From positions 21,638,001 to 21,702,000 of the forward strand of contig OZ249445.1 of assembly GCA_965235115.1 (NCBI GenBank): DNA of 64,000 nucleotides, in the 5' to 3' direction. A program made the position numbers and the translations under genes. Positions 63,401-64,000 of the stretch are shown in pieces; position 1 is the first letter of the stretch, and every line of letters starts with the position of its first letter. The DNA comes from Laetmonice hystrix. Taxonomy: Eukaryota. The notes beneath the pieces were generated by a model, which saw only the letters and a list, made by a program, of their open reading frames with translations, ran no database searches and was not told the origin of the DNA.

Positions 63401-64000
63401 AGCCGGGCGAGACTGGCTCTGCATACCCCTTCGCGACCAGTTCCCTTATCTGAGTGGTATACAAAGCTCTGAGATCCTCGTCTCGAGTTAGGCGCCTGCC
63501 TAGCAACTTGAGTCTATGTTCGGCCATAGGTCGGTTGTCTGGCATGCATGGGGGTCTGTGTTTGAAGGGGATTCCAAAGGTGTAGTGACCATCACTCAAA
63601 CAAGCAGTATTGTCCCACTCCTCAAGAACTCTCCGATCAGCTACTGATTGGGGCGTGACTGAGTTTCCCATATCCTCCAGTTCCCAGAAGCGGCCGACCT
63701 GTTGCTCTAGGGCTACAAAGCACGAGTAGACTGTATGGCTCCTGGCATCTCCAATTGGTCCATTTATGGTCCATCCCAAGAGGGTTCTTGAAGCGTAGGG
63801 TTCGCCCGGTCCACCTGAACGGAGTTCCAAGGGCATGAGGGCCTGTGGTACGTCGTTACCGATTATCAAATGCACTTCGTTTGAATTGGTGTTTGGAATC
63901 TCTATGCCATCAAAGTGTTTCCACTTCCCGAGTTCCTTATCCGACACCAAGCTGGTCAGCCCAACATAGATATTTGGACGGACGTAAACTGTCCTCAGAT
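60401..64000 (-). pseudogene. pol: ORF2 of unit 9, partial, frameshifted by the +1 indel in the RNase H region
   Basis: ttcccatagc allele as in unit 5; lacks the -10 bp indel; the frame is open to the window edge, so the ATG at 63950 is internal. Confidence 0.9.

Larger units (their letters stand above)
1..64000 (-). repeat. Tandem array of a Bel/Pao LTR retrotransposon, ~7.37-kb unit, ~8.7 copies, neighbours share one LTR; continues past both window edges
   Basis: ORF1 start codons at 335, 7705, 15075, 22445, 29805, 37166, 44536, 51906, 59266 (spacings 7370, 7370, 7370, 7360, 7361, 7370, 7370, 7360). All ORF-track entries recur with this period and there is no unique DNA between units. Confidence 0.98.
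59305..64000 (-). mobile_element. Bel/Pao unit 9, partial (5' part outside the window), defective pol
   Basis: Continues the array; carries the +1 indel at 62021-62023. Confidence 0.92.

Noticed and set aside
32543-63950. Track ORFs starting at MDQQFK, MKISVF or MVSDKE as separate genes
   Set aside because: These are frameshift or window-edge fragments of ORF2 with incidental start codons.
1-64000. Pure assembly or amplification artefact (one element copied repeatedly)
   Set aside because: Units carry distinct substitutions and complex indels in a structured mosaic pattern with a CpG bias, which identical-copy artefacts would not give. Exact copy number and order still need read-level confirmation.

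Overview
The whole 64-kb window is eukaryotic (probably animal) DNA made of one head-to-tail tandem array of a single Bel/Pao-superfamily LTR retrotransposon, all copies on the minus strand. The repeat unit is 7,370 bp (7,360/7,361 bp in copies with indels) and consists of one 557-bp LTR (TGTTAG...CTTACA) plus one internal region, so neighbouring copies share a single LTR. There are 9 LTRs, 8 complete internal regions (units 1-8) and partial units at both edges (unit 0, unit 9). Each unit carries ORF1 (399 aa; Gag N-terminal/coiled-coil part plus five 114-bp repeats) and ORF2 (1,679 aa; Gag capsid, three Cys/His knuckles, protease, RT, RNase H, integrase). The two ORFs are separated by a 1-nt frameshift at a G6 run and also overlap by ATGA. 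ORF2 is intact in units 1, 2, 3, 6 and 7 and frameshifted in units 4, 5, 8 and 9. I found only about 15 variable sites by eye. Five of them recur at exactly 29,461 bp, which suggests a nascent 4-unit higher-order repeat. Other points of note: no tRNA-type primer-binding site, paired CTCF-like motifs in the LTR, a perfect palindrome centred on the ORF2 stop codon, and CpG-biased variants. No host genes, RNA genes or prokaryotic systems are visible, and both array ends lie outside the window. LTR boundaries are inferred from motifs because no flanking DNA or target-site duplication is present.
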